A stretch of 64,000 nt of DNA, taken from an uncultured Thermoplasmata archaeon (GTDB lineage Archaea; Thermoplasmatota; Thermoplasmata; Lutacidiplasmatales; UBA184). The position numbers and the translations under genes were made by a program. The stretch is from the NCBI GenBank assembly GCA_963715645.1, contig OY970259.1:1208545-1272544 (forward strand). The letters run 5' to 3'. Shown piece by piece: positions 17,755 to 28,182 of this stretch. Numbering within the stretch: the first letter of the stretch is position 1; each line of letters opens with the position of its first letter. The notes beneath the pieces are model-generated. The model was not told where the DNA came from. It was given only the letters and a program-made list of their open reading frames with translations, and made no database searches.

Positions 17755-18285
17755 ATGTCGCGCCCTGCCGAGTCGATGATGCGCAAGCCGGCGATGACCC
17801 CCTCCGCCGCCTCCTCGGGCGGGCAGCGGTACCGCACGAAGATCGAGGTCCTTCGCGCCCTCCTCGAGAGCACTGCGGCCGAGTCGACCAAGACACGCAT
17901 CCTTCGCCGCGCGAACATGAATCCCGCCTCGTTCGACCGGTACCTTGCTTTCTGCGTGGGCACCGGCCTGGTGGAGTCCGCGGGCCGAAAATTCCACCGG
18001 ACCGTCTCCGGCGATGCTGCGATGGTCGCGATCGACTCTTTGATCGGCAAAGCCGCAGAGCTCGGGTCCGCGATGCAGCAGCTGGGGACATGTCTCGGGG
18101 GCGAGACGTCTCCCGTCGAGAGCACGGCGGCGCTCCGGTTCGCGTCTCTTGCCGCGTGGGACGAGCTCACGCGTCGGAGCGCGCATAGCGGAGGGATGGC
18201 GATGCCTACCCGCGAGGTCCTCGACTCCCCCGGGGTCAATCCCTCCCACTCCCGAGCGCCGCGTCGACCTCGGCTGGTGGCGTAG
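17755..18285 (+). CDS. Winged-helix DNA-binding protein (archaeal HTH_45-like)
   Basis: RTKIEVLRALLESTAAESTKTRILRRANMNPASFDRYLAFCVGTGLVES matches the conserved N-terminal wHTH of this family. Start codon choice is uncertain. Confidence 0.6.
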   Translation: MSRPAESMMRKPAMTPSAASSGGQRYRTKIEVLRALLESTAAESTKTRILRRANMNPASFDRYLAFCVGTGLVESAGRKFHRTVSGDAAMVAIDSLIGKAAELGSAMQQLGTCLGGETSPVESTAALRFASLAAWDELTRRSAHSGGMAMPTREVLDSPGVNPSHSRAPRRPRLVA

Positions 18286-18419
18286 TACCCCTACCCCGAA
18301 CGCCGTGCTTCAGGTCGAGGCCTTCCCTTTCTTTCCTTACGACAGGCCCCGGTGGCCCTGAGGCTGGCTGCACGACCGGCTCCGAGCTGACCCGAGGGTG
18401 CGCGTCCGCTCGTTCGGGC

Positions 18420-21207
18420 CTATCCCTTCGCCCCCACCGCAACGGTGGTCGTGCCGGAGCTGTATACGAAGTTGGTGCTCGCCGGGTAGACCGCCTTGAA
18501 CGTGTACGTCCCGACCTTCGAGGGGGTGATCGAGAACGAGCACTGCGCGACACCACCCGACCCTTTCAACATGCAGCCGGCCGAGAGGTTGGGGCCGGTG
18601 GGCGGCACGATGGTGACCGTCACCTTCCCGCTCGGGGTCAAGGCGGTCCCTGGGCTCGTGTCGACCACCATGACGGTGCACGAGAGCGCTTTGCCGACAT
18701 CCGGGTCGGCCGTCACGCAACTGACCGATGTCGAATCGCTCCGCTTGCTCACGGTGAGGCTGAAGGTCTGCGAGCTCCCCACGTGGTTAGTATCCCCACC
18801 GTAGGCCGCCTTGACCACCGTCTTCCCTTCCGAGCCCGGCGCCGGAGTGAACGTGACCGAGCAGCTGCCGGAGACCAGGGTGCAGGAGGTCGGGCTGAAC
18901 GAACCGCCCTTGTTCGCGCTGAACAGCACCGTCCCGGTCGGCGTCACCGGGGTCCCGCCACTCGTGTCGGTCACGGTCGCCGTGCAGGTCGTAGGGGCGT
19001 TCACCGCGTCGGGGTTCGGCGCACACACGACGTTGGTCGCGCTGCCCCGGGCGGAGACCGTGAGAGGGTCGATGGCGACGCTCCCGAAGTGCAGGGAATC
19101 GCCGGTGTACGCCGCGTTCATGACGAACGAGCCTTCACCGCCCAGCGCCGGAGTGAACGTCACGCTGCAGGCCGACGACGTGCCGCTTCCGGTGGGGGTG
19201 CAGATCCCGACGAAGGAGTGAACGCCCCGGTTCCGGTCCACCCGAATGACACTAACCCCGTGGGGGGGAGTACGGCGGTCGGATTGTCGTTCACCGTGGC
19301 CGAGCAGGTCGCGGGGTCGTTGACCACGAGCGCCCCGCAGCTGATCTCCGTGGTCGTCCCGAGCTCGTTAGCAGAGAGTCCGGTCGTCCCAGAGCTCGAG
19401 TCCCAGTACCCCGCCACGCCCGGGTAAGATGCGGTCACGGTGGAGGTGAGGTCGCTCGGCGTGAAGCTGGCCGTACACTGCGACTCCCCCGCGACCGTGG
19501 GGACGAGAGCACAGGAGGTGGTCGGAGGAATCCCCGGGGGACTGCCCGAGAGCGTCACCGTCCCGGTCGGAGAGGTGTGGATCGCCCCCGAGGTGAGCTC
19601 GGTCACCGTCACGGTGCACGTCGTCGGAGTCCCGACGTCGACCGGATTCGGCGAGCAGCTCACTGCCGTGTTGGTCGGGAGGACGACGTCGAGGGTGAAC
19701 TCGGACGAGTAGTCGGAGACGTGCAGCTGAGCGTCCGTGGCCGTCGCGTACAGCGAATGAGGCCCGGCCCCGAGGTCGACGCCGGACGTGATCAACCAGC
19801 CTCCGGAGCTGTAGTCCGTGGTCAGCGAGGTGCCGAGCAGGGTCGAGCCCTCGCCCTCATAGAGCGAGATCAAGAGCGCGGTTCCCCCACCAGACTGGAA
19901 CTCTCCGTTCATGTCCCCGAGGACGGCCGGGGTCTCGGGTACCTGACGCTCGACGGCGATAGGACCTCGGGGGCGCACGGGAGGAACTGCACGGGATTCC
20001 CCGTTATGAGACCGGGGCCATACACCGCCGAGCAGTAGTTCCAGAAGGTTCCCGGGTTATCCAATGCGAGAGCCCCTGAGTCATCGAAGTTCGCAAACGG
20101 TTCATTCGAAATCGTCGCGCCGAGGGCGTTACTGATGACGCCGTCGTTCGTGAATCCGATTCCGTAGTTCGTGAGGCTGCCGCCTTTGTCGTTCTGGATC
20201 ACCCCGAGGCCGGAGTTGACGAAAGTCGAGTCGCTTTCGAGGAGACCGTTGTTATCGATCGTCCCGCTGTTGCTGCCGCTGCCGGATATGTAGCCTAGGA
20301 AGAAGGACCCCGTGTTCTCGATGGAGCCGCTGACATCGTTGGTGAACGCCCCCGAGTCGATGATCTCTCCCCCGTTCGTCAGGGCTGCGTTGTTGTAGAG
20401 CGTGGAGGAGGTGTCGGCAGTGATCGTTCCGGGGTCGTTGAGAACGCCGCCGGGATCGTTGTTGAACTTCGCCCCCGTGAGCGCTAGGAAGTTGTTGTTG
20501 TCGAACGTGCCCCAGTTGTCGATCTGATTGTTGTCCGAGAGGGTACCCGCGTTGTTGACCGTGCCATACACGACCATGTTGCCCGACTCTTCGTAGGTAC
20601 CATAGTTCGTCAGCGAGAACCCGAGTTCGAGGTAGAACACCGCGCCGGCCTTGTCGTTGAACGTACCTGAATTCGCAACCGGGCCGTTGACGTCGATGTT
20701 GCCAAAGTTGGCGAAGTACCCACCGGACAGGATCGTGATCTGGGCGGTGTCCGCAACCAGCGCTTGACCGTTGATGAGAAGCCCCCCTCCGAGGACGAAA
20801 ATCTGTCCGCTGAGGCTCGCCGAACCCCCGCCGTAGAACTGCAGGATGCCGGCCACCTGGACATCGCCCGGGTTGCTGAAAGAGCCCAAAGAATCCAGCT
20901 CACCGCCGGAGGCAATGTCCAAGGTACCGCTGTCGACGATCGACCCGGTGCTAGTGAACGACCCGGTCATCACGAGCGCGAAGTTCGAGCCGATCGTGAG
21001 GGTGTCCGAGGAACCGATGGACCCCGCGCCGATCGTGCAGGTGTTCGTGATTGCGTCCCAACTAACGAAGACCGCCGGGATACTCTGGCAGTCCAGCAGG
21101 CTGTTGGCATCGTACGACGCGGCGGCCGCGGTGTGCACGAGCACGAGAGGCAGCGCGAGAACGATCGACACGATCAACACCAGCCGAATCGCTTTCTTCG
21201 CCCTCAT
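18420..21207 (-). CDS. Large secreted adhesin-like protein: signal peptide, Asn/Gly/Ser-rich beta-helix-like repeats, then Ig-like repeats (frame switches near 19950 and 19215)
   Basis: MRAKKAIRLVLIVSIVLALPLVLVHTAAAA is a signal peptide. Repeats of the type G-x-L/F-x-N-x-G (19909..21309) follow. Cys-framed modules of about 90 aa then repeat (...SC-x-P-x-P-x-V-x-x-P-T-T-C-T-A/V-T-V-T-D...P-T-G-T-V-x-F...) across 19160..19978 and 18420..19241. Confidence 0.7.
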
Positions 21208-22004
21208 ACGCCGTCGCCTTCCTGTCGGCCGATTGTGATTGGCGTATAACCGCGATGAGAACCAATTCCCTGAATTGGCAGGTACGATTCGACGAAATCG
21301 TCCTGGCATTTACTCGTCGCCACCCCAGGTCGGGGGCCGACCGCGCCCGAGGTAGGGGTTCATGCGAGACAGTCCGAAAATCCCTCTCTGTGTCCTCCCT
21401 GAGGCCCAGTCCTGGACGGCATCGAGTGCGGGTCGTGCATTCCATCCGTGCAACGTGAGGAGCCCACCCGAACCAGGAATCGGAGCCCGCGAGCTTCGAC
21501 ACGCGAGGCACTCCGAGGTGGGGACTCACCGTCTCCTGTATTCGGCCGCGATCGAGCTTAGGTCCGGAATCAACCGACCCTCGCTCCGATGAAGACTCCT
21601 AGCCCTCGATCGCCCGGCGGCGACTTGAATAGGCACGCTCCGAGCGGCCGAGTCCATCGTGACAGAGGCGTCGGTGTGTCTTCAGGAACGAATGGAAGAG
21701 AGGATGGCCCGAGGCCACGTTGAAGGGCCGTCGTCATCCCACCCGCGGGTACAGGCTGAAGGCGGTTGACCCGATCGACGCCGCCCTACACTCTGCCCAC
21801 TCAATTCTCGCGGCAGAGGCGAGACCAACCTTGTACCCGACATAGCCCGTGGAAGGCCGTTTCTTTCTCGACGGTGGGTGTGACGGGGAATGCACCTACC
21901 CCAGGAAGGTAGCCCCTCCTCCCGCCGAGTCGGGGGGCTGCCGACGGAAGTGGCTGGAGAGGGCCGCCCCGGTCGGTTATAGCCCCGAGACCCGATACCA
22001 AGAC

Positions 22005-22786
22005 ATGGCTCCCCGAGGCCCCTTCCGGGCGGTCTCTCTCGACCTGTGGTTCACCAGCCTGTACCTACCCTTCGGAGACCGAGAACCGCTGGAGGGAGGA
22101 TCGGGTCCGCGCGCTCCGCGACATGTTGAGGTCGGGCGATGGAGCGAAGTTCGGTCTGGGCGAGATCGAATCCTCGGTCGAACACGTGCATGCTCAGCTC
22201 GAGACCCGAGGACTGAACACCGGAAAGGTCGACCCCCAGGCGCTCGTGATGGACTACGCGGAGTCGTTGGGGGCCGAGCTGACGATCCCCTCCGACCAGG
22301 CCGGAGCGATGTACCTCCTCCGCCGGCTTGGCCGAGCACCCCCCGTCGCTCAATCCCGAGCTGAGCGACGTTGTCCGGGCCTTGGAGGAACGAAACATCC
22401 CGATCATCGCCATCACCAATACCGCTCGCCGGGGGGCGACCTGGCAGGAATTCTTCCGTTCGCAGGGAATCTCCCAGTTTCAACACATCATCGCATCGTG
22501 TGAGGTCGGACAGTGCAAGCCGGAGAGCGAGATCTTTCTCGAAGCTTCCCGGCGATTGGCCATGCCCCTCGGGGAGATCCTCCACGTGGGCGACCGCTGG
22601 GAGCTCGACGTGGACGGAGCACGACGGGCCGGCTGCGGGGCCGCGCTCTACCAGGGTCTCTGGCCGTTCTACCCCGCCGGCATGTATCCGACGACCGACC
22701 CCTCCCTGCTCGACGACCCGGGGCTCCTCAAGGTCGAACGTCTGGAAGAATTGCTCGAGGGCGACTTGTTGAAGTCTCCCGACTAG
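22005..22786 (+). CDS. HAD-superfamily hydrolase (two frame switches, about 22070-22110 and 22325)
   Basis: AVSLDLWFTSLY is HAD motif I (DxxxT). ...IIAITNTARRG... is motif II-like. CKPESEIF...HVGDRWELDVDGARRAGC gives motifs III/IV. The three track ORFs join colinearly. Confidence 0.7.
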
Positions 22787-22836
22787 ACACGCTTCGGGGG
22801 GGGCCACTGCCGCCCGCATCCACCTCGCAAAGGGGT

Positions 22837-25806
22837 CTACTCAGTGGGACGGACGGCTTCGGCCGGGGGTAGTCTTGCGGCTCGGAGCGACGGTTCCGCG
22901 ATGGCGAGCATGGAGAGCCCGTAAGCGGCCCCGAGGATGATCGCAAGGTTGACCCACGGGATCGTGAACACGGTGACCCCCGCGGAAGCTGCCGCGGAGC
23001 CCTGGGTCACATTCCAGACGATGAGGAGTCCGAGGGCGGTGCCGATCGCGATCCCGACCAAGGTGACGAACGAGTACTCGAGGAAGAAGGCCGTCAGGAC
23101 CATCCGTTGCGTGAACCCGTTCGCGCGGAGCATGCCGATCTCCCGGCGACGCTCGACGACGGCCCGGAGGGCCACGATCCCCATCGCCGCGATACCGACC
23201 GCCAGACCGAGTCCGACGAAGATCTGGAGGAGCCCGATGACCCCCTCGGTGGACGCGACCGACGTGGCGAGAAGGTCGGCGATATTGAGGACGACGAGCC
23301 CGTAGGGAAAGAACGCCGCCTTGGCTACTTGAGCCGCGCGCGTGGCCGAGGCCCCCGGGGCGAGCGTGAGGAAGAAGACCTTCTCCTCGGAGACCCCCAG
23401 CGCGGTGGCGGTGGGGGGGCTCACGAACACCCCGGAGACTAGCGATTGGGTCATGATTCCGAGGATGGTGACCGTGGCGCTGTGGCCGTTCGCGGGGTTC
23501 GAGAGCAGCATCGTTCCCCCGACGTCCACCTTCGGATGAGCCGCACTCGAGCCGGTCCCTAGGTTGTTCGTCACGGGGGCGTAGCTCTGATCGACGATCG
23601 CGACATCGGGATCCGTCGCGAGCTTGGCGTTGACCTGCGCTGCGCTCATCCCGGTTTCCGTGGCGGTAAACGAGAACTGGTTGGTCGCGTAGAAGTTGGA
23701 GGCGAGGGGCGCGCCGGCCGGAGCCGAGTAGATCGAATCCCCGTACGGGTTGCCCGAGAACCCGCTCACATTGACGTAGATCCCACCGTACTCCAAGGGC
23801 ACGACCGAGGAGAAGTACGGGGAAACGGTCGAGTTGTTCGCAACGAGTTCGGGTAGATTCGGGATGGGGGTCGACGAGTAGGATACGAACGTGTAGCCTC
23901 CGGACTGCTCCTGGAGGGTATCGCTTAGGCTCCCATCGACCGTCGCTCCGGTAGCCGCGATCGCCACCAGGACGAAGACCACGAGCGCGAAGATGGCGAG
24001 GCTGACCGTGGTACGAGAGGAACGTCGGCTGGGATACGACAGCGCGATCCGCGCAACCGGGGCTCGTTGGGTCCGGCCCCCTGCGAGCCGAAGGAGTCCG
24101 TCCGCGAGGGAGGAGGCGTTGAAGGCGAAGAGGAGGAGGGCCCCGCCGACCATGACGATCCCCTCGGTGAAGACGATGAAGATCCCGCCCCCGTGCGCGG
24201 ACCCAAGCAGGACCTCGTGAAGGTGTCCGTACCCTGCCCAAACGAGGAGGGAGGCACCGGCGGCGGAGAAGGCGATGCGGTTGCGCACGAAGCGCGATGC
24301 GATCAGCGCGAGTCCCACGATCGCGAGGGTCCCACCCAGAATGGGGTAAGAGGCGTCCGACGTCCCTTGGTAGGTGGTGGCGTAGAGGAAGGCCCCGAGG
24401 ACGAACGCGACCCCCCCGAGGTAGGCGAGATACGTGTAGGTCCTGACGGTCGGCGGGGGGTCGGGGATATCCCGGATGGCCCGCACGATGTTGAGCCGGC
24501 TGGCCCGCCAGCTCGCGACCACGACCGTGACCAGGGTCAGCAGGAACCCGATCACGTAGGCGGTAAGCAGCGTCTGGAACGTGACCGCGAACGAATCGAG
24601 GATGGCCGAGGAGGGGAGACCAGGTTGGGGGAAGAGGACGCTGAAGGCGACCGCGAGACCGTAGCCCACCCCGACGCCGAGGAGCGTCCCGGCGAGCGCG
24701 CTGCCCGCCGAGTACGCGAGCCCTTCGAAGAAGTAGGAGTAGACCAGTTCGCGTCCCTTGAGTCCGATCGCTCGTAACACCCCCATTTCCCCCTTGCGCT
24801 CCTCGGCGAGGAGGACGAAGATGCCGATGATCAGCATCGCACCCGCAACGACGGAAAAGAGACCCAGCACCAGGAACAGCGTCGAGATGCCGCTCGCGGC
24901 GGAGCTGGCGCTGGCGAGGGCGTTGACGAGGATCTGGTCGACCGAGAGCCCCCGGGCCAAGGGGACGCCAGCGAGCGTTGCGTTCAGGGTTGCGCTCACC
25001 GCCGGGGCGAGAGCAAGACGGTTCGCCTGGTCCCCGACATTGGTGACCGAGAGGAAGTTGATGGCACCGCTCATGTTCTCGAGGTGCTGAGCGGTCGAGA
25101 GGGCGACGAAGGCGCTCCCGAAGTTCCCGACACCGCCGGTCGGGAACGCCCCGCGAATATTGTCCTGGACGACCGCTTGTATCACCGACGGCACGGCCGT
25201 CGCCCCGGCGCCGTAGAGGACCACGGAATCTCCGGCCGAGGCGTTCAATTCGGAGGCCGCGAGGTCATCGAGGATCACCTCTCCCACCGCCGGACCCGCG
25301 AGCCGGGTACCGGCGTCGGTTACGAAATCTCCGAGCTGGGAACTCTGGTTCGCGTTCACCCCGATCAAGTAGAGGTTCGTCTGCGGGATGGCGGTCGTCC
25401 TATCGAAGACGGAGACCGTACTCACGATTTCGGGGGCCATGCCCGCAATCGAGGAGTCTCCCGCCGTCGCCGCCGCGACATCCGTGGAGACAGCGTACGG
25501 GAAAGGAGTCCAAGCCCCCGAGGGGGATTGATTCCCGACGACCTCGTCGTTGTAGCCGACGGCGAGGACCGTGTAGTGGACCTCCAGCTGGTTGATGGTG
25601 TCCCCCACCACGAGGCTGCCGGAAACGATCGTCGTTGCGACGAGAAGGCCGAGCACGAGGAGGACCGTCCGCCCGCGGGCCCGGTACACGTTCCGGATCC
25701 CGATCCGGAACGCGAGGCGGTGACGGAATACGAGAACCAAAGCAACCACGGCGACGACGAGGAGGACCAGGAGGAGTCCACCGACGACGGGGGTGGCGGT
25801 AGCCAT
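22837..25806 (-). CDS. ABC transporter permease, MacB/FtsX type with two FtsX domains and large extracytoplasmic domains
   Basis: Intact ORF of about 990 aa. Two copies occur of the FtsX pattern (...ERKGEMGVLRAIGLKGRE... and ...RRREIGMLRANGFTQRM...), each followed by three helices. The likely start is the ATG at 25806, just after the ATPase stop. Confidence 0.85.
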   Translation of the reverse strand: MATATPVVGGLLLVLLVVAVVALVLVFRHRLAFRIGIRNVYRARGRTVLLVLGLLVATTIVSGSLVVGDTINQLEVHYTVLAVGYNDEVVGNQSPSGAWTPFPYAVSTDVAAATAGDSSIAGMAPEIVSTVSVFDRTTAIPQTNLYLIGVNANQSSQLGDFVTDAGTRLAGPAVGEVILDDLAASELNASAGDSVVLYGAGATAVPSVIQAVVQDNIRGAFPTGGVGNFGSAFVALSTAQHLENMSGAINFLSVTNVGDQANRLALAPAVSATLNATLAGVPLARGLSVDQILVNALASASSAASGISTLFLVLGLFSVVAGAMLIIGIFVLLAEERKGEMGVLRAIGLKGRELVYSYFFEGLAYSAGSALAGTLLGVGVGYGLAVAFSVLFPQPGLPSSAILDSFAVTFQTLLTAYVIGFLLTLVTVVVASWRASRLNIVRAIRDIPDPPPTVRTYTYLAYLGGVAFVLGAFLYATTYQGTSDASYPILGGTLAIVGLALIASRFVRNRIAFSAAGASLLVWAGYGHLHEVLLGSAHGGGIFIVFTEGIVMVGGALLLFAFNASSLADGLLRLAGGRTQRAPVARIALSYPSRRSSRTTVSLAIFALVVFVLVAIAATGATVDGSLSDTLQEQSGGYTFVSYSSTPIPNLPELVANNSTVSPYFSSVVPLEYGGIYVNVSGFSGNPYGDSIYSAPAGAPLASNFYATNQFSFTATETGMSAAQVNAKLATDPDVAIVDQSYAPVTNNLGTGSSAAHPKVDVGGTMLLSNPANGHSATVTILGIMTQSLVSGVFVSPPTATALGVSEEKVFFLTLAPGASATRAAQVAKAAFFPYGLVVLNIADLLATSVASTEGVIGLLQIFVGLGLAVGIAAMGIVALRAVVERRREIGMLRANGFTQRMVLTAFFLEYSFVTLVGIAIGTALGLLIVWNVTQGSAAASAGVTVFTIPWVNLAIILGAAYGLSMLAIAEPSLRAARLPPAEAVRPTE

Positions 25807-25811
25807 GGAAC

Positions 25812-26504
25812 TCAGCTCACGAACCGTCCATCGCGCATGCGCAAGGTGCGGTCGCACGCACTCGCTACCGTCGCATCGTGGGTGACCACGACGATCGTCT
25901 GCTCGTAGGTCTTGTTGAGATGGCGGAGCAGGGTGGTCACCTGGCGGGAATCTCCCTCATCGAGATTCCCGGTCGGCTCGTCGGCCCAGACGATCGCGGG
26001 GTGTCCGACGAGGGCGCGGGCCAAGGAGACGCGCTGCTGCTGCCCTCCCGAGAGCTCGGAGGGACGTCGGTCGAGGCGGTCGCCGAGTCCGAGCTCGGTC
26101 AACATCGCACGGGCCCGGTCGCGCGCCTCACGCCCGGAGGCGCCCGCGATCAGGAGGGGCATCTCGACGTTCTCGGTCGCCGAGAGCACGGGTAGGAGGT
26201 TGTACGACTGGAACACGAACCCCACGCGGCGCGCGCGGTACTCGCTCTTCGCGCGGTCGTTCATCGAGCGGAGGTCGACGCCTTCGAGCGAAACTTGACC
26301 GCGGTTGATCTCGTCCAACCCGGAGAAGCAGTTCAGGAACGTCGTCTTGCCACAGCCCGACGGCCCCATGATCGCGAGCATCTCCCCTCGGGAGATCTCG
26401 ATGTTGATCTCGCGAAGTGCGGTAACCTCGGTGTCCCCGGTTCCATAGACTTTCCAGACGTCCTTCCCAATCACGACCGGTTCGGGCATGGGCACGCGGC
26501 GCAA
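25812..26504 (-). CDS. ABC transporter ATP-binding protein (MacB/LolD-like)
   Basis: GPSGCGKTT (Walker A), LSGGQQQRVSLARAL (signature), IVWADEPTGNLD (Walker B) and VVVTHD (H-loop). Confidence 0.9.
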   Translation of the reverse strand: MRRVPMPEPVVIGKDVWKVYGTGDTEVTALREINIEISRGEMLAIMGPSGCGKTTFLNCFSGLDEINRGQVSLEGVDLRSMNDRAKSEYRARRVGFVFQSYNLLPVLSATENVEMPLLIAGASGREARDRARAMLTELGLGDRLDRRPSELSGGQQQRVSLARALVGHPAIVWADEPTGNLDEGDSRQVTTLLRHLNKTYEQTIVVVTHDATVASACDRTLRMRDGRFVS

Positions 26505-26798
26505 ACCATGGTGAGCTTAAGCCTCGCCCATTTACGTCAACCAGCCGGGTTTGGGCCGCTGATGGCCCTCGATCTGGCCGGAGCGTGACTCCATCGTCGT
26601 TTCGCCACGGAAGGCGCAAATTAGGGCAGGCGGCCAAATTGGCCGTCGGCGGACCCGGGGCTCTGAGAGCCGGACGTCGGTGTGCGCCCACGAGAACCCA
26701 GCTGTCTCGCGTCATGGTCCGGTCCCGCCTCTTTCGGGAGGCGCGTAACGATTCGGCGGGCGAATGCCGTCAGCCGAAACGCCCCCGAGTCCCTTTCT

Positions 26799-26830
26799 AG
26801 GTAAGTTTATGCTACTTCGTTTTCTTACCT
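26799..26830 (+). promoter_or_regulatory. 7-bp inverted repeat AGGTAAG...CTTACCT bracketing a TTTAT box; candidate promoter/operator of mntA-hepT copy 2
   Basis: AGGTAAGTTTATGCTACTTCGTTTTCTTACCT ends 12 nt before the ATG at 26842. Confidence 0.4.
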
Positions 26831-26841
26831 TGGCTGAGAGA

Positions 26842-27267
26842 ATGACGCGGGAAGAGGCACACTGCTACCGCTGCGGGTATGTATGGACCCCACGCCGGTC
26901 CCGAGTCCGCATCTGTGCCCGGTGCAAGTCGCCGTCCTACTGGTTCCCAAAGATGCGGGTCCCGACCGGCGGTTCGGGTCTCGGAATCAGGGAAGTGATC
27001 GGAACGAAGCGGGCGAGAGTTCTCCGGCTCGCACGAAGGCACGGCGCAACGAATGTGCGCATCTTCGGGTCCGTCGCGCGGAAGGAGGCAACGGCGGAGA
27101 GCGACGTCGACATCCTCATCGACCGAGCTGAGGGAAGGAGGTTCCGGCAACTCGCTCTCGCACTCGCACTCGCTGAGACCCTGCAACGGAAAGTGGACCT
27201 GGCCGTGGAGGACGACCTCTTCTGGCTCATCCAACCCCAGGTCGTCACTGAGGCGGTTCCCTTGTGA
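26842..27267 (+). CDS. mntA: MntA-type nucleotidyltransferase antitoxin with N-terminal 4-Cys zinc ribbon
   Basis: HCYRCGYVWTPRRSRVRICARCKSPSYW (2x CxxC) is followed by FGSVARKEATAESDVDILI (NTase motif). Its stop overlaps the hepT GTG (GTGA). Confidence 0.8.
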   Translation: MTREEAHCYRCGYVWTPRRSRVRICARCKSPSYWFPKMRVPTGGSGLGIREVIGTKRARVLRLARRHGATNVRIFGSVARKEATAESDVDILIDRAEGRRFRQLALALALAETLQRKVDLAVEDDLFWLIQPQVVTEAVPL

Positions 27268-27620
27268 AGACAGGACCCGCATCAAGTCAAACCAACCTTG
27301 CTCTCGGCATAGAGCACTTGCAGAAGGCGATCAGCTACGCCGGGCGAGGTCGGGATGAGTTCTTCGCGGAGGAAGACCCTGTCCTTTCCGTTGCGGTCGA
27401 GGCGGAACTACGGAAGGCCTTCGAGTCGATCAATCGGCTCGGCGTTTCCTTCTGGAGCGCGAACCCGCAAGTCAAGAGGCACCGAATCGGCGAGATACGC
27501 CAACTCCTCACCCACGACTATACCGCGGCGAGCAGACAGGTCGTGTGGGACGTCGCAACCGAGGAAGCACCACGCCTGCTTCGTCGGCTAGCGAGGGCCA
27601 GGGCCCCTAGGGAGGAGTAG
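27264..27620 (+). CDS. hepT: HEPN (DUF86) toxin HepT
   Basis: IGEIRQLLTHDY is the R-x4-H HEPN motif. Size and position are typical of HepT. Confidence 0.8.
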   Translation: MKTGPASSQTNLALGIEHLQKAISYAGRGRDEFFAEEDPVLSVAVEAELRKAFESINRLGVSFWSANPQVKRHRIGEIRQLLTHDYTAASRQVVWDVATEEAPRLLRRLARARAPREE

Positions 27621-27742
27621 GGGCGCGCGACCCACCGATCGGACATGCACCTCGACAGGCAGATCTCATTGAGCGAAAACGGACTGAACCGTCAGACCCG
27701 AGGAATGATGAGGCCCGGGTCCTTCCCTGGCGTGGAGAGAGC

Positions 27743-28108
27743 ATGGAGCAAACCCCAACCTGCCCCGCGTGTCATTCACCGATGCAGAAGGGATGCGTCG
27801 GCGCGGAGTCGATCACTGGGGGCGCGAAGTGGCACGAGTCGCGGTCGGCCCTCGCTCTCGGCGGGGAAAAGATCGGCGATTATCGATGGGATGGAATGGT
27901 CTGGCTCGACGGATTCCGTTGTGTCCACTGCCGTATCCTGCTCTTGGGGTATGAACGTCGATGCAAGCAGAACACCCGGCTGGGGCAACTCGACGTAGAT
28001 CCCCTCGTCGTTGGCCGGATCGACTGGGTAAGGCCCCCGGAGGGTCATCGCCTCGGGCGGGGGGCTAAGGGCGGCACGAGTTTCTGGACAGGGGATTCAG
28101 AAGGATGA
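27743..28108 (+). CDS. Small zinc-ribbon protein of unknown function (3' end uncertain)
   Basis: MEQTPTCPACHSPMQKG...WLDGFRCVHCRILLLGY has two CxxC pairs about 55 aa apart. The last ~45 codons look less protein-like and compete with a minus-strand ORF. Confidence 0.45.
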   Translation: MEQTPTCPACHSPMQKGCVGAESITGGAKWHESRSALALGGEKIGDYRWDGMVWLDGFRCVHCRILLLGYERRCKQNTRLGQLDVDPLVVGRIDWVRPPEGHRLGRGAKGGTSFWTGDSEG

Positions 28109-28113
28109 AACGG

Positions 28114-28169
28114 TGAATGTGCCGCATACATCATTGTTACTAATTCAGTAACATTCATGTATCTGTAAC
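28114..28169 (+). promoter_or_regulatory. AT-rich nested inverted repeats upstream of abiEi; candidate autoregulatory operator/promoter
   Basis: TGAATGT (28114-28120) pairs with ACATTCA (28151-28157). GTTAC-TAATTCA-GTAAC lies at 28136-28152, with a third GTAAC at 28165-28169. The ATG is at 28183. Confidence 0.4.
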
Positions 28170-28182
28170 ACCTCCCCTCCGT

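Noticed and set aside
21541-21800. Possible RNase P RNA, SRP RNA or C/D-box sRNA (AGGTCCGGAA, CGATGAAGAC, ACAGAGG resemble fragments of conserved RNA motifs)
   Set aside because: The matches are short and out of order relative to RNase P CR-I to CR-V. There is no GGUGAAA/GGUAAG-type J11/12 region. There is no clear C (RUGAUGA) plus D (CUGA) box pair at sRNA spacing.
27776-28048. 90-aa minus-strand ORF overlapping the zinc-ribbon ORF
   Set aside because: The plus-strand product has two well-spaced CxxC pairs and a plausible small-protein architecture, while the minus product has no motif. However, the first ~24 minus codons have high GC3, so the 3' end of the plus ORF remains doubtful.
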